Part shown: one piece after another, positions 10,758-21,071 of the stretch
How the letters are laid out: every line of letters starts with the position of its first letter
Position numbering within the stretch: the first letter of the stretch is position 1
Assembly (NCBI GenBank): GCA_020348925.1
Contig: CP070758.1
Location: 1,444,469-1,508,468 of the forward strand
DNA length: 64,000 nt
Source: Gemmatimonadota bacterium
GTDB taxonomy: Bacteria; JBHIER01; G020348925
Reading direction: 5' to 3'
Position numbers and translations under genes: made by a program
Notes under the pieces: model-generated
The model's database searches: none
The model's input: the letters and a program-made list of their open reading frames with translations, nothing else
What the model was told of the DNA's origin: nothing

Positions 10758-13700
10758 TTATTTGAGAAGCGTCATCGTCTTCGTCGCTGTGAAATCCCCT
10801 GCCGTCAGTCTGCAGAAGTACGTACCACTGACGACGTCTTTTCCACAATGATCCCGACCATCCCACGTCACACTATAGTGCCCCGGATCTTGGACCCTAT
10901 CGACGAGAGTCCTCACCTCCTGCCCGAGGATATTGAAAAGCTTCAAGGTGACATGGGGTGGAAACCGATCACTGAGCACTGAATACTGAATACTGGTTGT
11001 CGAATTAAAGGGATTCGGATAATTTTCGATCAATGAGAATACAGGCTGCCCGCCAGATTCAAACCGCACAGGCTCTCCCGTCCCTTCAACGGCAAGAGAG
11101 CGGCCTTCCGCGTTTACTGCAAGTACCTCTTCGACATGGAATGCGCTCCCACAATCACCTTTCATAGCCCCCTTCAGGAAGAATACCGGGCCATCACCAG
11201 CAGGCAGAAAGCCGCCGTTCCGACTGTAAACAAGAACCGTTAAGCGACCGTCCCTGTCATTCCACCGCAGGTCCATGGAACCGCACCGTTCCGAAAGCTC
11301 GACAGCATGGAGAGTGAAAAGCCCGGTGTCATAGTCAAGCTCACATTGAACACCCGCAATCCCACTCGCATGATCCACCTCAAATAGAATACGTGCATTC
11401 TCTCCGAATTCACCCCTTGCCCCCCGAACCCCGATCTTCGCGAACGCCTTGTCACCATTTGCAGCGACCGGTGAAGCACCGCAAATGTTGTTGACCATGC
11501 TGACCACATCCATGACATCAATGACTCCGTCACTGTTGAAGTCGGCGGCCCAAAGTTCGGCCTCGGCAGGGGTGATGCTGCCCAGGATGATGTTCACAAC
11601 CCGGACAAGATCCACAACATCAATGCACCCATCGCAGTTCATGTCTCCCTTGCATCCTATAACAATGAGCCCATTGAGGCGCTCTATGGGCAAAGACCTT
11701 CCCTCTTCGTCAGACAGGATCACTTTCTGATACTCGATCCAATATGTTTGCCCTGCCTCAGCCGCCTCATCTATGGTGAAGCGGAAGTGAGCAATGGCCC
11801 CTCTTCCGGACGGTATGACATGGCCGTTCGTGTCCGAAATGAGAAGAATAATACGACCCGGTTCCGGCATACTCCATATCATGGAGTTCATACTCTGGGA
11901 TCTCTCACTCGGAAGAATCTGGACCGGGGAAAAGATTGCACTGTGAAAGTGAAGTTCTACCTGGACGCCGGATACAGGGACGGGTTTTTCGGTCTCGTTA
12001 TCCATCTCAAGATCGATCACAACAGTATCCCTCGGAAAGCCATACGTCAGAGGTGTCCCGACGTATATGGGGGCAGTCTCGACACGCATCGTCACCGGAA
12101 TGGTCACACTCCCGTTCTCAGGATCGTCGCTCGAAACGGTGATCGTTGAAGAATATTCGCCCTCAGCCAAGGAAGCACTGCTGAGGGTAATCATCACATC
12201 CGCGTTTTGATTGGCCCCCACTGTCCCTGAAAGTGGTGCCACAATGAGCCAACTCACCATTTCACCGATTTCAAAGGACAGTGGGGCATTACCCAAATTA
12301 GTCAGGGAAAGCTGTACGGTCAACTCCTCCGCCTCCGAAAGAACTCTCTCAATGGATGAGGCACTCACGCTGATCTGAGGAGCCAATCCTGTACCCGTGA
12401 GGTTTACACATATCGTCTCCTCGTCCTCGTCGCTGCAGGATATCGTAAGGAGACCTGACCGGATACCCGCCGTTGAAGGTACAAACGCCACCGCCACAGA
12501 GATCGACGCTCCCGGTGAAATTGTACAGGGAAAGTTTGGAGAAAGAATTTGAAAATCCTCAGACTCTGATCGAACGGAGGATATTTGCAAATCAATCCCG
12601 CCCGAGTTCCGCATTGAGAAACTCCAACCTCCTGTTTCGCCGAGGGGGACAGGGCCAAAATCATGGTCTCTCACTGCAAGCTCAACCTCAGCTGCAGAAG
12701 GTGGTACGGAACCGAATCCGTCAACTGTCATGGAGATAAGGCTTCTGTCCGGGTCATTGCTGGACAGGGTGAGTTGTCCGGATTTCAGTCCCTCAGACTG
12801 CGGACGAAAACGAACCGTCACTTCAATGGAACCACCGACTGGAACTTCCTGAGGAAAATCTGGAGCCGCAATGTCGAAATCGGAATGATTTGAAACTATT
12901 GAATATACCCTCAGGCTCCCAGATCCAGTATTGAAAATGGTGAACTGCCATGCCGAGGTCTCATTGACCGGAACGTTTCCAAAATCGTGGCTTGTCCCAG
13001 AAAGCTCGATATTGGACTCAGTGTCCGCCCCCACGCCTGTCACGGATACAACGAGCGGATTTTCATTCGGATCGTCGCTTTCAATACGGAGTTGCCCCGA
13101 TACACTTCCTGCAGCTGCAGGGGTGAAAGCGATCGCGACCTCGAGAATACCCCCCGGGATCACCGTTTGCGGAAAGCTCGGGGACGCAACGACGAAGGCA
13201 TCAGAATCGGAAACGATATGCATCACCATTAATAGTGCTTCTCCGTCATTGTGAAGGGAGAAAATTTCGTGGGCAGTTGCATTGACAGAGACCGTTCCGA
13301 AATGAACGCTTGTGACCGAGGATCGAATATCAGGGTATACTCTGCCGCTCACCAGCACATCAGCCCTCATCACGCCGGCCGAATTTCTGACGTCCCGAAC
13401 CGCCACGCTCGTCGCAATCCCTTGATAATTCAGGCTGTTAGGTTTGGAGTGCTCATCCCAGGTGCGATTGCCGGTCGTTCCCGGGAAATAATCGCCCGCA
13501 TCACCACGGTTAAAATTGGCGTACACATTCAAATGATTCAATCCGTCCGCTTCCTCAAGATCGACCAATTTATGGAGTTCGTCATTGTTATGGGGTACGC
13601 TTTCATCAATATGCCAGATAAGCAGACCGCTCCCTGGCAGGAGCGTATCGAAGCCTTCCTTTTGGCGGTTCGAGACAATAAAATACTCGTGTCCAGCATT

Positions 13701-14711
13701 GCCATTGGCCCACAACCGCAGGGCCTCCGGTGTTTGCCCGATGCTGTGCATACCTTGATCAAAGAAATCGTCGTCGACCTCCGTGGCCGAAATCCATCCC
13801 AGTTTCATTTTAGACCAGGCGCACATGTGTACCGGTCGATGCGGCGAGCGACCATCGCCTCCCCATGAGCCGAAACCCATGAGACCGTACAGACCGATTC
13901 CGTCGGAACTTAAATCGGTGTCATAGAGATCAGGCAGTCCCAAGATATGGCCGAATTCATGACAGAAGACGCCGATGCTTATGACATTCCCGTTCTCGTG
14001 CTCCTCCGGTTCCATGGAGTAGGACCAGACCGAGACGCCATCTGCAGGAAGAGGAGATGGTATCGCCCAAGCATGCGACCAGATATCATGGGCGCTGCCC
14101 GTCTCCTCGGCACCGGGTCCGGTGTGAATGATAAAGAGCGCATCAACATATCCATCGCCGTTGGTATCATACTGGGAGAAATCGACATCCGGGTCGGCCA
14201 GTGAGATCGCATGCTCGACCATCTTCTGAGCATTGGCCGGATAGGGACCGAACCCCTGATTCCCGTTCACGTAAAAGGAGTACGGTTGCGGAGCCGTGTA
14301 CCATCGGGTCACGTCTCCAGCCAGAGCCAAAGTTCCGTATGAGACCTCTTGATAGTAATCGTACATGCTGCCGGAGGGATAGGTGTTCTGGGAAAAAAGC
14401 ATATCCCAAAAGAGCGACGCCGGGTGATTCGCCTTGGCGGGCTGATCGGGGAATTCCAGTAAGATGACGAGGGCTTTGCCTGTACCGCTGGCGGAACCGT
14501 ACATCCGTTGCGGTTGGTCGACCCCCTCGGGTTTCACGGGGAGCTTGTCTCCCGTCGTGATTGAGCGCCCGGTCTTTTTATCAAAAAGATCGGGCTTCGG
14601 GGAAACGGGATGGGGACCGACAGGCGGACCGTCTGCGAGACACAACTGCATCCAAAGGAGAACGAGGATCCCCGTGGCCAGTGCAATGATTTTTAACCGT
14701 AATCTCAACAT
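10758..14711 (-). CDS. M6 family (immune inhibitor A-like) metalloprotease with three ASH/choice-of-anchor-D domains, BACON-like domain, cohesin-dockerin-cohesin and FlgD-like C-terminus
   Basis: HEFGHILGLPDLYD zinc motif; 'SMYDYYQEVSYG'; three 'HDFG.V...SNDPD'-type repeats; 'GDMNCDGCIDVVD' dockerin; NYPNPFN. Start placed at MLRLRLK signal peptide. Confidence 0.9.
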   Translation of the reverse strand: MLRLRLKIIALATGILVLLWMQLCLADGPPVGPHPVSPKPDLFDKKTGRSITTGDKLPVKPEGVDQPQRMYGSASGTGKALVILLEFPDQPAKANHPASLFWDMLFSQNTYPSGSMYDYYQEVSYGTLALAGDVTRWYTAPQPYSFYVNGNQGFGPYPANAQKMVEHAISLADPDVDFSQYDTNGDGYVDALFIIHTGPGAEETGSAHDIWSHAWAIPSPLPADGVSVWSYSMEPEEHENGNVISIGVFCHEFGHILGLPDLYDTDLSSDGIGLYGLMGFGSWGGDGRSPHRPVHMCAWSKMKLGWISATEVDDDFFDQGMHSIGQTPEALRLWANGNAGHEYFIVSNRQKEGFDTLLPGSGLLIWHIDESVPHNNDELHKLVDLEEADGLNHLNVYANFNRGDAGDYFPGTTGNRTWDEHSKPNSLNYQGIATSVAVRDVRNSAGVMRADVLVSGRVYPDIRSSVTSVHFGTVSVNATAHEIFSLHNDGEALLMVMHIVSDSDAFVVASPSFPQTVIPGGILEVAIAFTPAAAGSVSGQLRIESDDPNENPLVVSVTGVGADTESNIELSGTSHDFGNVPVNETSAWQFTIFNTGSGSLRVYSIVSNHSDFDIAAPDFPQEVPVGGSIEVTVRFRPQSEGLKSGQLTLSSNDPDRSLISMTVDGFGSVPPSAAEVELAVRDHDFGPVPLGETGGWSFSMRNSGGIDLQISSVRSESEDFQILSPNFPCTISPGASISVAVAFVPSTAGIRSGLLTISCSDEDEETICVNLTGTGLAPQISVSASSIERVLSEAEELTVQLSLTNLGNAPLSFEIGEMVSWLIVAPLSGTVGANQNADVMITLSSASLAEGEYSSTITVSSDDPENGSVTIPVTMRVETAPIYVGTPLTYGFPRDTVVIDLEMDNETEKPVPVSGVQVELHFHSAIFSPVQILPSERSQSMNSMIWSMPEPGRIILLISDTNGHVIPSGRGAIAHFRFTIDEAAEAGQTYWIEYQKVILSDEEGRSLPIERLNGLIVIGCKGDMNCDGCIDVVDLVRVVNIILGSITPAEAELWAADFNSDGVIDVMDVVSMVNNICGASPVAANGDKAFAKIGVRGARGEFGENARILFEVDHASGIAGVQCELDYDTGLFTLHAVELSERCGSMDLRWNDRDGRLTVLVYSRNGGFLPAGDGPVFFLKGAMKGDCGSAFHVEEVLAVNAEGRSLAVEGTGEPVRFESGGQPVFSLIENYPNPFNSTTSIQYSVLSDRFPPHVTLKLFNILGQEVRTLVDRVQDPGHYSVTWDGRDHCGKDVVSGTYFCRLTAGDFTATKTMTLLK

Positions 14712-15030
14712 CTCTCCAAGCTCATCAACCTCAGGTTCACAAGAAACGTTCACTCCTGGACAACCACTCATTCCCACGCAAAACCAGTGCCAGACGCACA
14801 TTCGACGCTCGTGAAAACGTTACTGTTTTGTATTTTATTGAAATATTGAGATTTACAAAAATTAAGATAAAATAGTCCTTCAAGAAGAGTGCACCTTTCC
14901 ATGGTCAAATAACCCAAGTTCTGTATTTTGCAAGGGTGATTTGAAAGGCTCGACGAGTGGATAAGCTGACTGCTGCGAAGATATTTGTGTACACATCGAT
15001 CTGAAGAAACGAAAAGAGACAAACTTCCGG

Positions 15031-15059
15031 TTGACAATTGGGCTGAAAAGCATTACACT
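15031..15059 (+). promoter_or_regulatory. Sigma-70 promoter of rnz
   Basis: TTGACA-17 nt-TACACT. Confidence 0.65.
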
Positions 15060-15134
15060 TCACATTCACTGACATGGCTGTGGACACGGATGCATAAGGA
15101 GACAAGGTCACCTGATTTTCCGGAGGGGTTGCGA

Positions 15135-16046
15135 ATGAGAGTTATTGTTTTAGGGTCCGGTGGAACCATTCCCACACAAACGAGAAATCTTCCCTCCTTC
15201 GCTTTGAAAAGAGACGGTGAGCTTCTTCTCTTCGATTGCGGTGAGGGCACACAACTCCAGCTTATGGGTGCTAAGTTAGGGTTCGGGCCTCTCGAGCGCA
15301 TATGTATCTCTCACCTTCACGGCGATCATGTGACAGGAATACCCGGGCTTCTGATGACCCTTGGCCAGTCAAACCGTGAGAAGCCATTGACGATTCACGG
15401 TCCGCCAGGGATCGACACCTTTATTCAGTCCATCATGAAGAACCTCTCCATTCACCTTCACTACCAGGTGCATGTTGCAGAAATCGAAAAAGGACTGGTC
15501 CACAACAATTCCCACTACAGAATAGAATCTGTACCTGCCGACCATAACATCTTCACTCTGGCGTATGCTTTTATTGAAGCTGAACGCCCAGGCCGCTTCG
15601 ATGTGACCAAAGCCAGGGAGCTGGGAGTACCACCGGGTCCACTCTACCGAGCGTTACAGGAAGGGAAAGACGTGCGTTCCGGTGACGGGCGGATTGTTCG
15701 CTCCTCGGACATCGTCGGACCACCGCGACCCGGACGCAAAGTGGTCTATGCCCTTGATACGCGCCCCTGTTCCGCCGTGGTCGAGCTCGCCAGGGGTGCC
15801 GACGTATTAATTCACGACGCCATGTTCACCGAGGAGCTGCAGGCTGAGGCGAATGAGCGGGGCCATTCCACCGCCAGGCAGGCAGCGGAGATCGCTCAGC
15901 AGGCGGTGGTCGGCCAGCTCATTTTGGCCCACATCAGTCCTCGATATGAGACAGCCAAGGAACTCCTTGATGAGGCACTTTCGATCTTCACCGAGACCAG
16001 AGTTGGGGAGGATTCCATGGGTGTCGAAATCCCCGTTCACAAATAA
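15135..16046 (+). CDS. rnz: Ribonuclease Z
   Basis: LGSGG..P, FDCGEG, HLHGDH, GVPPGP exosite, DTRP, GHST, HISPRY; GGAGG RBS. Confidence 0.95.
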   Translation: MRVIVLGSGGTIPTQTRNLPSFALKRDGELLLFDCGEGTQLQLMGAKLGFGPLERICISHLHGDHVTGIPGLLMTLGQSNREKPLTIHGPPGIDTFIQSIMKNLSIHLHYQVHVAEIEKGLVHNNSHYRIESVPADHNIFTLAYAFIEAERPGRFDVTKARELGVPPGPLYRALQEGKDVRSGDGRIVRSSDIVGPPRPGRKVVYALDTRPCSAVVELARGADVLIHDAMFTEELQAEANERGHSTARQAAEIAQQAVVGQLILAHISPRYETAKELLDEALSIFTETRVGEDSMGVEIPVHK

Positions 16047-16119
16047 GATTTCCCATATTCTTCAACCAACCTGTGAGCAACCGCCAGCCCGAGCGATCAC
16101 AGATCAGTGAAGTTAATCC

Positions 16120-16148
16120 TTGACAAAACCGTCAAAAAATCATATAAT
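16120..16148 (+). promoter_or_regulatory. Consensus sigma-70 promoter of DUF47-pit
   Basis: Perfect TTGACA-17 nt-TATAAT. Confidence 0.85.
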
Positions 16149-16278
16149 TGTTCTTTCAACTTCAAAGGAAGCCATCTCCGTCTCGTGAATGGTTTCCGGT
16201 GGTAATTCAAGAGAGATCCTGAAGGTATTCCTGTTATTCATGATCGACGAAAATCAGTCTTAATAGAGGAGGTATGTT

Positions 16279-16956
16279 ATGCGAGGCATTTTAGCCGGGC
16301 TCTTTGCCAAATCGCCCTTCGGGCCGTTGAGCGAACACATGAATGCCGTAAAAAAATGTGTCAATCTGCTCAAGCCGATGTTCGAAGCGCTCATTGAACA
16401 GGATCATGAACGCGTCGAGGATATTGCCAATCAGATATCAAAGCAAGAACACGAAGCGGACATCATCAAAAATGAAATTCGCAATCATCTTCCAAAAAGC
16501 ATATTCTTGCCGGTTTCCCGGACCGATATTCTCAATTTTTTAAGGGAACAGGATGCTATTGCTGACGATGCGGAGGACGTTGGTGTTCTCCTGACCGTAC
16601 GAAAGACCAATTTACCTGCTGAACTCAAGGATGAACTCTTTGCTTTTCTCGACAAGGTGTTGGAGACTTTTGAGCTCACCGTCAGGGTGAATAGCGAGCT
16701 GAAACTTTTGATGGAAAGCTCCTTCGGGACAGCTGAAGTAGAAAAAGTACTTAAGTTGGTGGACGAGATCGGGCATGCGGAATGGGAAACCGACAGCCAC
16801 CAATTCCGGTTGGCGCAGAAGATGTTCGAGATGGAGCAGAAATTAAGCCCCGGAGACATCATCATTCTGTTAAACGTCTTCCGACAGGTGGCCAGACTGG
16901 CCGATCACGCTCAAAACGTAGGAGACCTTCTCAGGCTCATGATCTCGAAAGGATAA
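16279..16956 (+). CDS. DUF47/TIGR00153 PhoU-like Pit accessory protein
   Basis: 'SPFGPL.EH', 'EHEADIIK..IR.HLP...FLPVSR.D', 'QDAIAD.AED'; directly upstream of pit. Confidence 0.9.
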   Translation: MRGILAGLFAKSPFGPLSEHMNAVKKCVNLLKPMFEALIEQDHERVEDIANQISKQEHEADIIKNEIRNHLPKSIFLPVSRTDILNFLREQDAIADDAEDVGVLLTVRKTNLPAELKDELFAFLDKVLETFELTVRVNSELKLLMESSFGTAEVEKVLKLVDEIGHAEWETDSHQFRLAQKMFEMEQKLSPGDIIILLNVFRQVARLADHAQNVGDLLRLMISKG

Positions 16957-16995
16957 CGATCTGCAAACAGAACTCGAAACCTGGAGCAAGATGGA

Positions 16996-18234
16996 ATGGG
17001 CCCTGAACTGATTATTATAGTTGCTGCGGTTGTTGTTGGACTGTACATGGCCTGGAGCATCGGTGCAAACGATGTGGCCAATTCCATGGGAACCTCGGTC
17101 GCCTCAGGAGCTCTCACCATGAAGCAGGCCATCATCCTTGCCGGAGTATGTAATTTCATCGGGGCTGTCTTCGTCGGAACTCATGTGACCAATACAGTCC
17201 GAAAAGGTGTTCTCGACATTTCCAATTTTGCTCACGATCCCACCACCCTTGTCTATGGCATGCTCGCAGTGTTGTTGGGAGCGAGTATTTGGGTGACACT
17301 GGCAACGTATAAAAAACTCCCTGTCTCTACAACCCATTCAATTATTGGTGCTGTTATCGGTTTTGGAATTGTCGAGATCGGTTTCTATGGAATACGGTGG
17401 CATATCGTTGGAGCCATCGTCCTGAGTTGGCTTATCTCTCCTTTGGGAGGAGCTCTGATTTCATTCACAGTCTTCAAGATTATCAGAAAGACAATTTTTA
17501 ATGCCACATGTCCTGTTGCAGCCGTGAAAAAGATCGGACCTCTTTTTATCGGCCTCGTTTTCACCATTTTATGTTTGGCCATCATCTTCAAAGGCCTCAA
17601 ACATTTGCATCTGGATTTACCATTGCCAAAAGCATTGCTCATATCCCTTGGAGTGGGACTTATGTTCGGCCTCTTGGGGTTTTTATTCCTTCGAAACCAT
17701 CCTGTGAGAAAAGGTGAGGAATACGAACAAGTCGAGGGTCTGGCAAATCCATTACAGATTCTGAGTGCAGCTTACGAAGCCTTTGCACACGGGGCGAACG
17801 ACGTTGCCAACGCCATCGGTCCGGTGGCAGCCATCTATGCCATTCTTCAGACGCATCAAGTGGATATGCAGGTCTCAGTTCCTACCTGGATATTGGCCAT
17901 TGGTGGCCTCGGTATTGTTGCGGGCATTTCCACCTGGGGATACCGTGTCATGGAAACCGTTGGTAAAAAAATTACTGAGATCACTCCTACACGTGGATTT
18001 TCCGCAGAATTTGGGACAGCGACAACGGTACTCATCTTCTCAAAATTGGGTATGCCCGTTTCGACCACCCACGCCTGTATCGGAAATGTGATTGGTGTTG
18101 GATGTGCCCGAGGACTTGCGGCTCTCAACTTCGCCGTCGTCGGGCGGATCATTCTCATGTGGATTGTATCACTTCCCGCAGCTGCAGTACTGACCATCGT
18201 TTTCTTCAAGCTTCTCGTTTTCATTCTGGGATAA
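16996..18234 (+). CDS. pit: Inorganic phosphate transporter, PiT family
   Basis: Two GANDVAN signature motifs and two PVSTTH motifs; hydrophobic. Confidence 0.95.
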   Translation: MGPELIIIVAAVVVGLYMAWSIGANDVANSMGTSVASGALTMKQAIILAGVCNFIGAVFVGTHVTNTVRKGVLDISNFAHDPTTLVYGMLAVLLGASIWVTLATYKKLPVSTTHSIIGAVIGFGIVEIGFYGIRWHIVGAIVLSWLISPLGGALISFTVFKIIRKTIFNATCPVAAVKKIGPLFIGLVFTILCLAIIFKGLKHLHLDLPLPKALLISLGVGLMFGLLGFLFLRNHPVRKGEEYEQVEGLANPLQILSAAYEAFAHGANDVANAIGPVAAIYAILQTHQVDMQVSVPTWILAIGGLGIVAGISTWGYRVMETVGKKITEITPTRGFSAEFGTATTVLIFSKLGMPVSTTHACIGNVIGVGCARGLAALNFAVVGRIILMWIVSLPAAAVLTIVFFKLLVFILG

Positions 18235-18376
18235 CGATAAAATAGATTTTGAAAAATGGTGGCTCAATATTACATTTCACCAGAGCCTGTATCGGTTTGA
18301 AATAATTGGGATAGGAGATTGTTGTCGAGATCGCGTGTAAGATATATTTTCATATTCTCATTGATCGTGGAAAAAT

Positions 18377-19056
18377 ATGGATCAGGAAAGCATTCTCGTC
18401 GTAGATGACGAAAAAGATATACTCGACTTAGTGAGCTACAATCTCGAACAGGAGGGTTTCAGGATTTTAAAAGCAACCGATGGCCCCTCCGCCCTCAAAG
18501 CCGCTGAGAAAGAATTGCCCGACTTGATCGTTCTGGATCTCATGCTGCCGAAACTGTCCGGCATGGAAGTGTGTAAACTCCTCAAGAAGAAAAAAGAGAC
18601 TTCTGAAATCCCAATAATCATGCTCACAGCCAAGACGGAGGAGATCGACCGAGTGCTTGGCTTTGAGTTGGGAGCCGACGATTACGTCACCAAGCCATTC
18701 AGTCCGCGGGAACTTGTGCTTCGAGTAAAGGCGGTCCTCAAAAGAATGAAGGAAAAGGAGGTCAAGGAACTCATAAAAATTGATGCCTTGACGATTGATA
18801 TTCCCAAACACCAAGTTTGGGTTGACAACGAACCCCTTACATTAACGCCAACGGAATTCGATCTCCTGCTCGAATTGGCAGAGCGAAGAGGTAAAGTCCT
18901 TACGAGGGATATTCTTTTGGATACAGTTTGGGATACGATTATTCAAGTTTCAACAGGACGGTAGACACCCACATTCGAAGATTACGATCGAAATTGGGTA
19001 AGATGGGCCAATACATTGAAACAGTCCGTGGATTGGGATATCGTTTCAAAGAATAA
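18377..19056 (+). pseudogene. phoB: PhoB/PhoP-type OmpR-family response regulator with a 1-nt frameshift (mutation or assembly error)
   Basis: Receiver domain (LDLMLP, KPFS) intact. One G is missing at GGG 18930-18932; the -1 frame continues '[23 protein letters not shown]...[13 protein letters not shown]'. Confidence 0.85.
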
Positions 19057-19072
19057 ACAAAAGAAGATTGAT

Positions 19073-20845
19073 ATGACATTCAATGTACGCTGGAAATTGA
19101 TGATCACCTACATCATCATTATTCTCGTTATTCTCCTCGCCATCACGATCTATCTCAATCGGACATTGAAATCGCATTATCTGGATCTAACAAGGGATCG
19201 GCTTCGACATGAGGCCAATCTGGCCAGGGCTTACATTCTGAATGAAACAATCGATCTCCCTTTTTCTCATCAGATTGACACACTGGCAAACGAAATAGGC
19301 GAACAATTAGGGCTTCGAGTGACAATTGTTGATCCACAGGGGATCGTTCGGGGAGATTCCGAGCTTGATGGGCAAGCGCTCATAAACACAGAAAATCATG
19401 CCAATCGCCATGAGATCATGGATGCACACCAAAAAGAAATCGGTATAAACACAAGATACAGTTATACACTCAACACCGATATGATGTATCTTGCCATTCC
19501 GCTCGTTCGCCAAGATAAAAATATTGGTACTGTACGACTGGCTCTCCCTCTGGATGAGATCAATCAAACGTTACGTCGAGTTCGAAGAATGCTCGCTGTT
19601 GCTTTCATTGTCGGGCTCATTCTGGCACTTTTCTTAAGCTACGTTACGGCCCGCGCTGTGACGAGACCTTTCAACGACATGTCGCAAATCGCCGAGAGAA
19701 TGGCACGGGGAGATTTTTCAAGAAAAACAATTGTGAGATCCGGCGACGAAGTGGGCCAGCTCGCCACGACCCTCAATCAGATGGCTCTCCAATTGGACCG
19801 GACTATTCGGGAGATCACGACAGAGAGGGATCGTTTGCGCGGTGTGTTGAGCGGCATGCGGGAAGGAGTCATACTCACCGATAAAGAGGGGCGGATCGTT
19901 TTAACCAATGATGCGCTTTTAAATTTTTTCAACGTGACATCATCCATCGAAGGCCGAACCGCGATCGAAACGATTCGAGACGCGAAACTTCACGCGACCA
20001 TTGAAAAGGCACTCAAAACCAAACAGGAAGTCATCGAGCAAATCGAGCTCACGGTCCCAAAAGAACGCACTCTCTACGTCCATGTTTTTCCATTGGGCGT
20101 TCCTGCCGGCTGCACTGGCACTGTTGTCGTGCTCTATGATGTTACTCAGCTGAAACGGTTGGAAAAAGTTCGAAAGGACTTCGTGGCCAATGTCTCCCAC
20201 GAGCTGAACACTCCTTTGGCTGTTATAAAGGGGTACACGGAGACCCTCCTCGACAAGGCGCTGGATGATACGGAGACGGCCAACAAGTTTTTAAAGATCA
20301 TCTCTAAACATGTGAATCGGATGTCGAAACTGGTGGCCGATCTCTTAGCCCTTTCAAAATTTGAGTCGGACACCTATACACCTCTCTTTGGCTCTCAAGA
20401 TTTACAAAAGATAGTGGCAAGTTCCACTGACACATTCAAAGACGCCCTCGAAAAAAAGAATGTAACGTGTACTGTCGACCTCCCTTCCGATCTCCCCCTT
20501 GTCAAGGGCGATGACAAAGGATTAGAGCAGGTCCTGCTCAATCTTCTCGACAACGCCGTGAAATTTACACCCGCAGGAGGCTCAATCACCGTTAGGGCAC
20601 ACGAGCAAGAAAGCGCTGTCAAAGTATATGTGTCAGATACTGGGATCGGTATTCCTATGAAAGATATACCACGAATCTTCGAACGATTCTATCGAGTGGA
20701 TAAGGACCGATCCCGGGAACTCGGAGGGACAGGACTCGGGCTCTCCATTATCAAGCAAATTGTTCGGGCTCACGGTGGACAGGTGTGGGTTGAGAGCCAG
20801 GTGGGCCAAGGAACCACTTTCTCTTTTACGCTTCCTAAAGCATAA
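19073..20845 (+). CDS. phoR: Phosphate regulon sensor histidine kinase (HAMP, PAS, HisKA, HATPase)
   Basis: 'DFVANVSHEL', 'RIFERFYRVDK.RSRELGGTGLGLSI', 'ENHANR.EI' sensor segment; phosphate gene context. Confidence 0.9.
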   Translation: MTFNVRWKLMITYIIIILVILLAITIYLNRTLKSHYLDLTRDRLRHEANLARAYILNETIDLPFSHQIDTLANEIGEQLGLRVTIVDPQGIVRGDSELDGQALINTENHANRHEIMDAHQKEIGINTRYSYTLNTDMMYLAIPLVRQDKNIGTVRLALPLDEINQTLRRVRRMLAVAFIVGLILALFLSYVTARAVTRPFNDMSQIAERMARGDFSRKTIVRSGDEVGQLATTLNQMALQLDRTIREITTERDRLRGVLSGMREGVILTDKEGRIVLTNDALLNFFNVTSSIEGRTAIETIRDAKLHATIEKALKTKQEVIEQIELTVPKERTLYVHVFPLGVPAGCTGTVVVLYDVTQLKRLEKVRKDFVANVSHELNTPLAVIKGYTETLLDKALDDTETANKFLKIISKHVNRMSKLVADLLALSKFESDTYTPLFGSQDLQKIVASSTDTFKDALEKKNVTCTVDLPSDLPLVKGDDKGLEQVLLNLLDNAVKFTPAGGSITVRAHEQESAVKVYVSDTGIGIPMKDIPRIFERFYRVDKDRSRELGGTGLGLSIIKQIVRAHGGQVWVESQVGQGTTFSFTLPKA

Positions 20846-21071
20846 CCGATTTCTTTTCTTTTCCAAAAACTTCTGAGCACACGTCTTGAAAGGGAAAACT
20901 CTGTTCATATGTTTCTATGCCCCCCTGTTGACCTCATAATATGCTTGACACATCCTTGAAAGGTTCATAACTTAGAGTTGAGTGATATCAATATGCAATT
21001 TCTTTGATTTTGAGAACATCCGAACAGGATTTTCAATACACCCTGATTGTTGTCAAGGAGAGCAAATTAAA

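Noticed and set aside
14712-15134. N-terminal extensions of the M6 (from 14801) and rnz (from 14985) ORFs
   Set aside because: Downstream ATGs fit the signal peptide or family start and RBS better; the rnz extension overlaps its own promoter
18925-18935. Programmed -1 ribosomal frameshift in phoB
   Set aside because: In-frame codons GTT TGG GAT do not form a canonical X XXY YYZ slippery site
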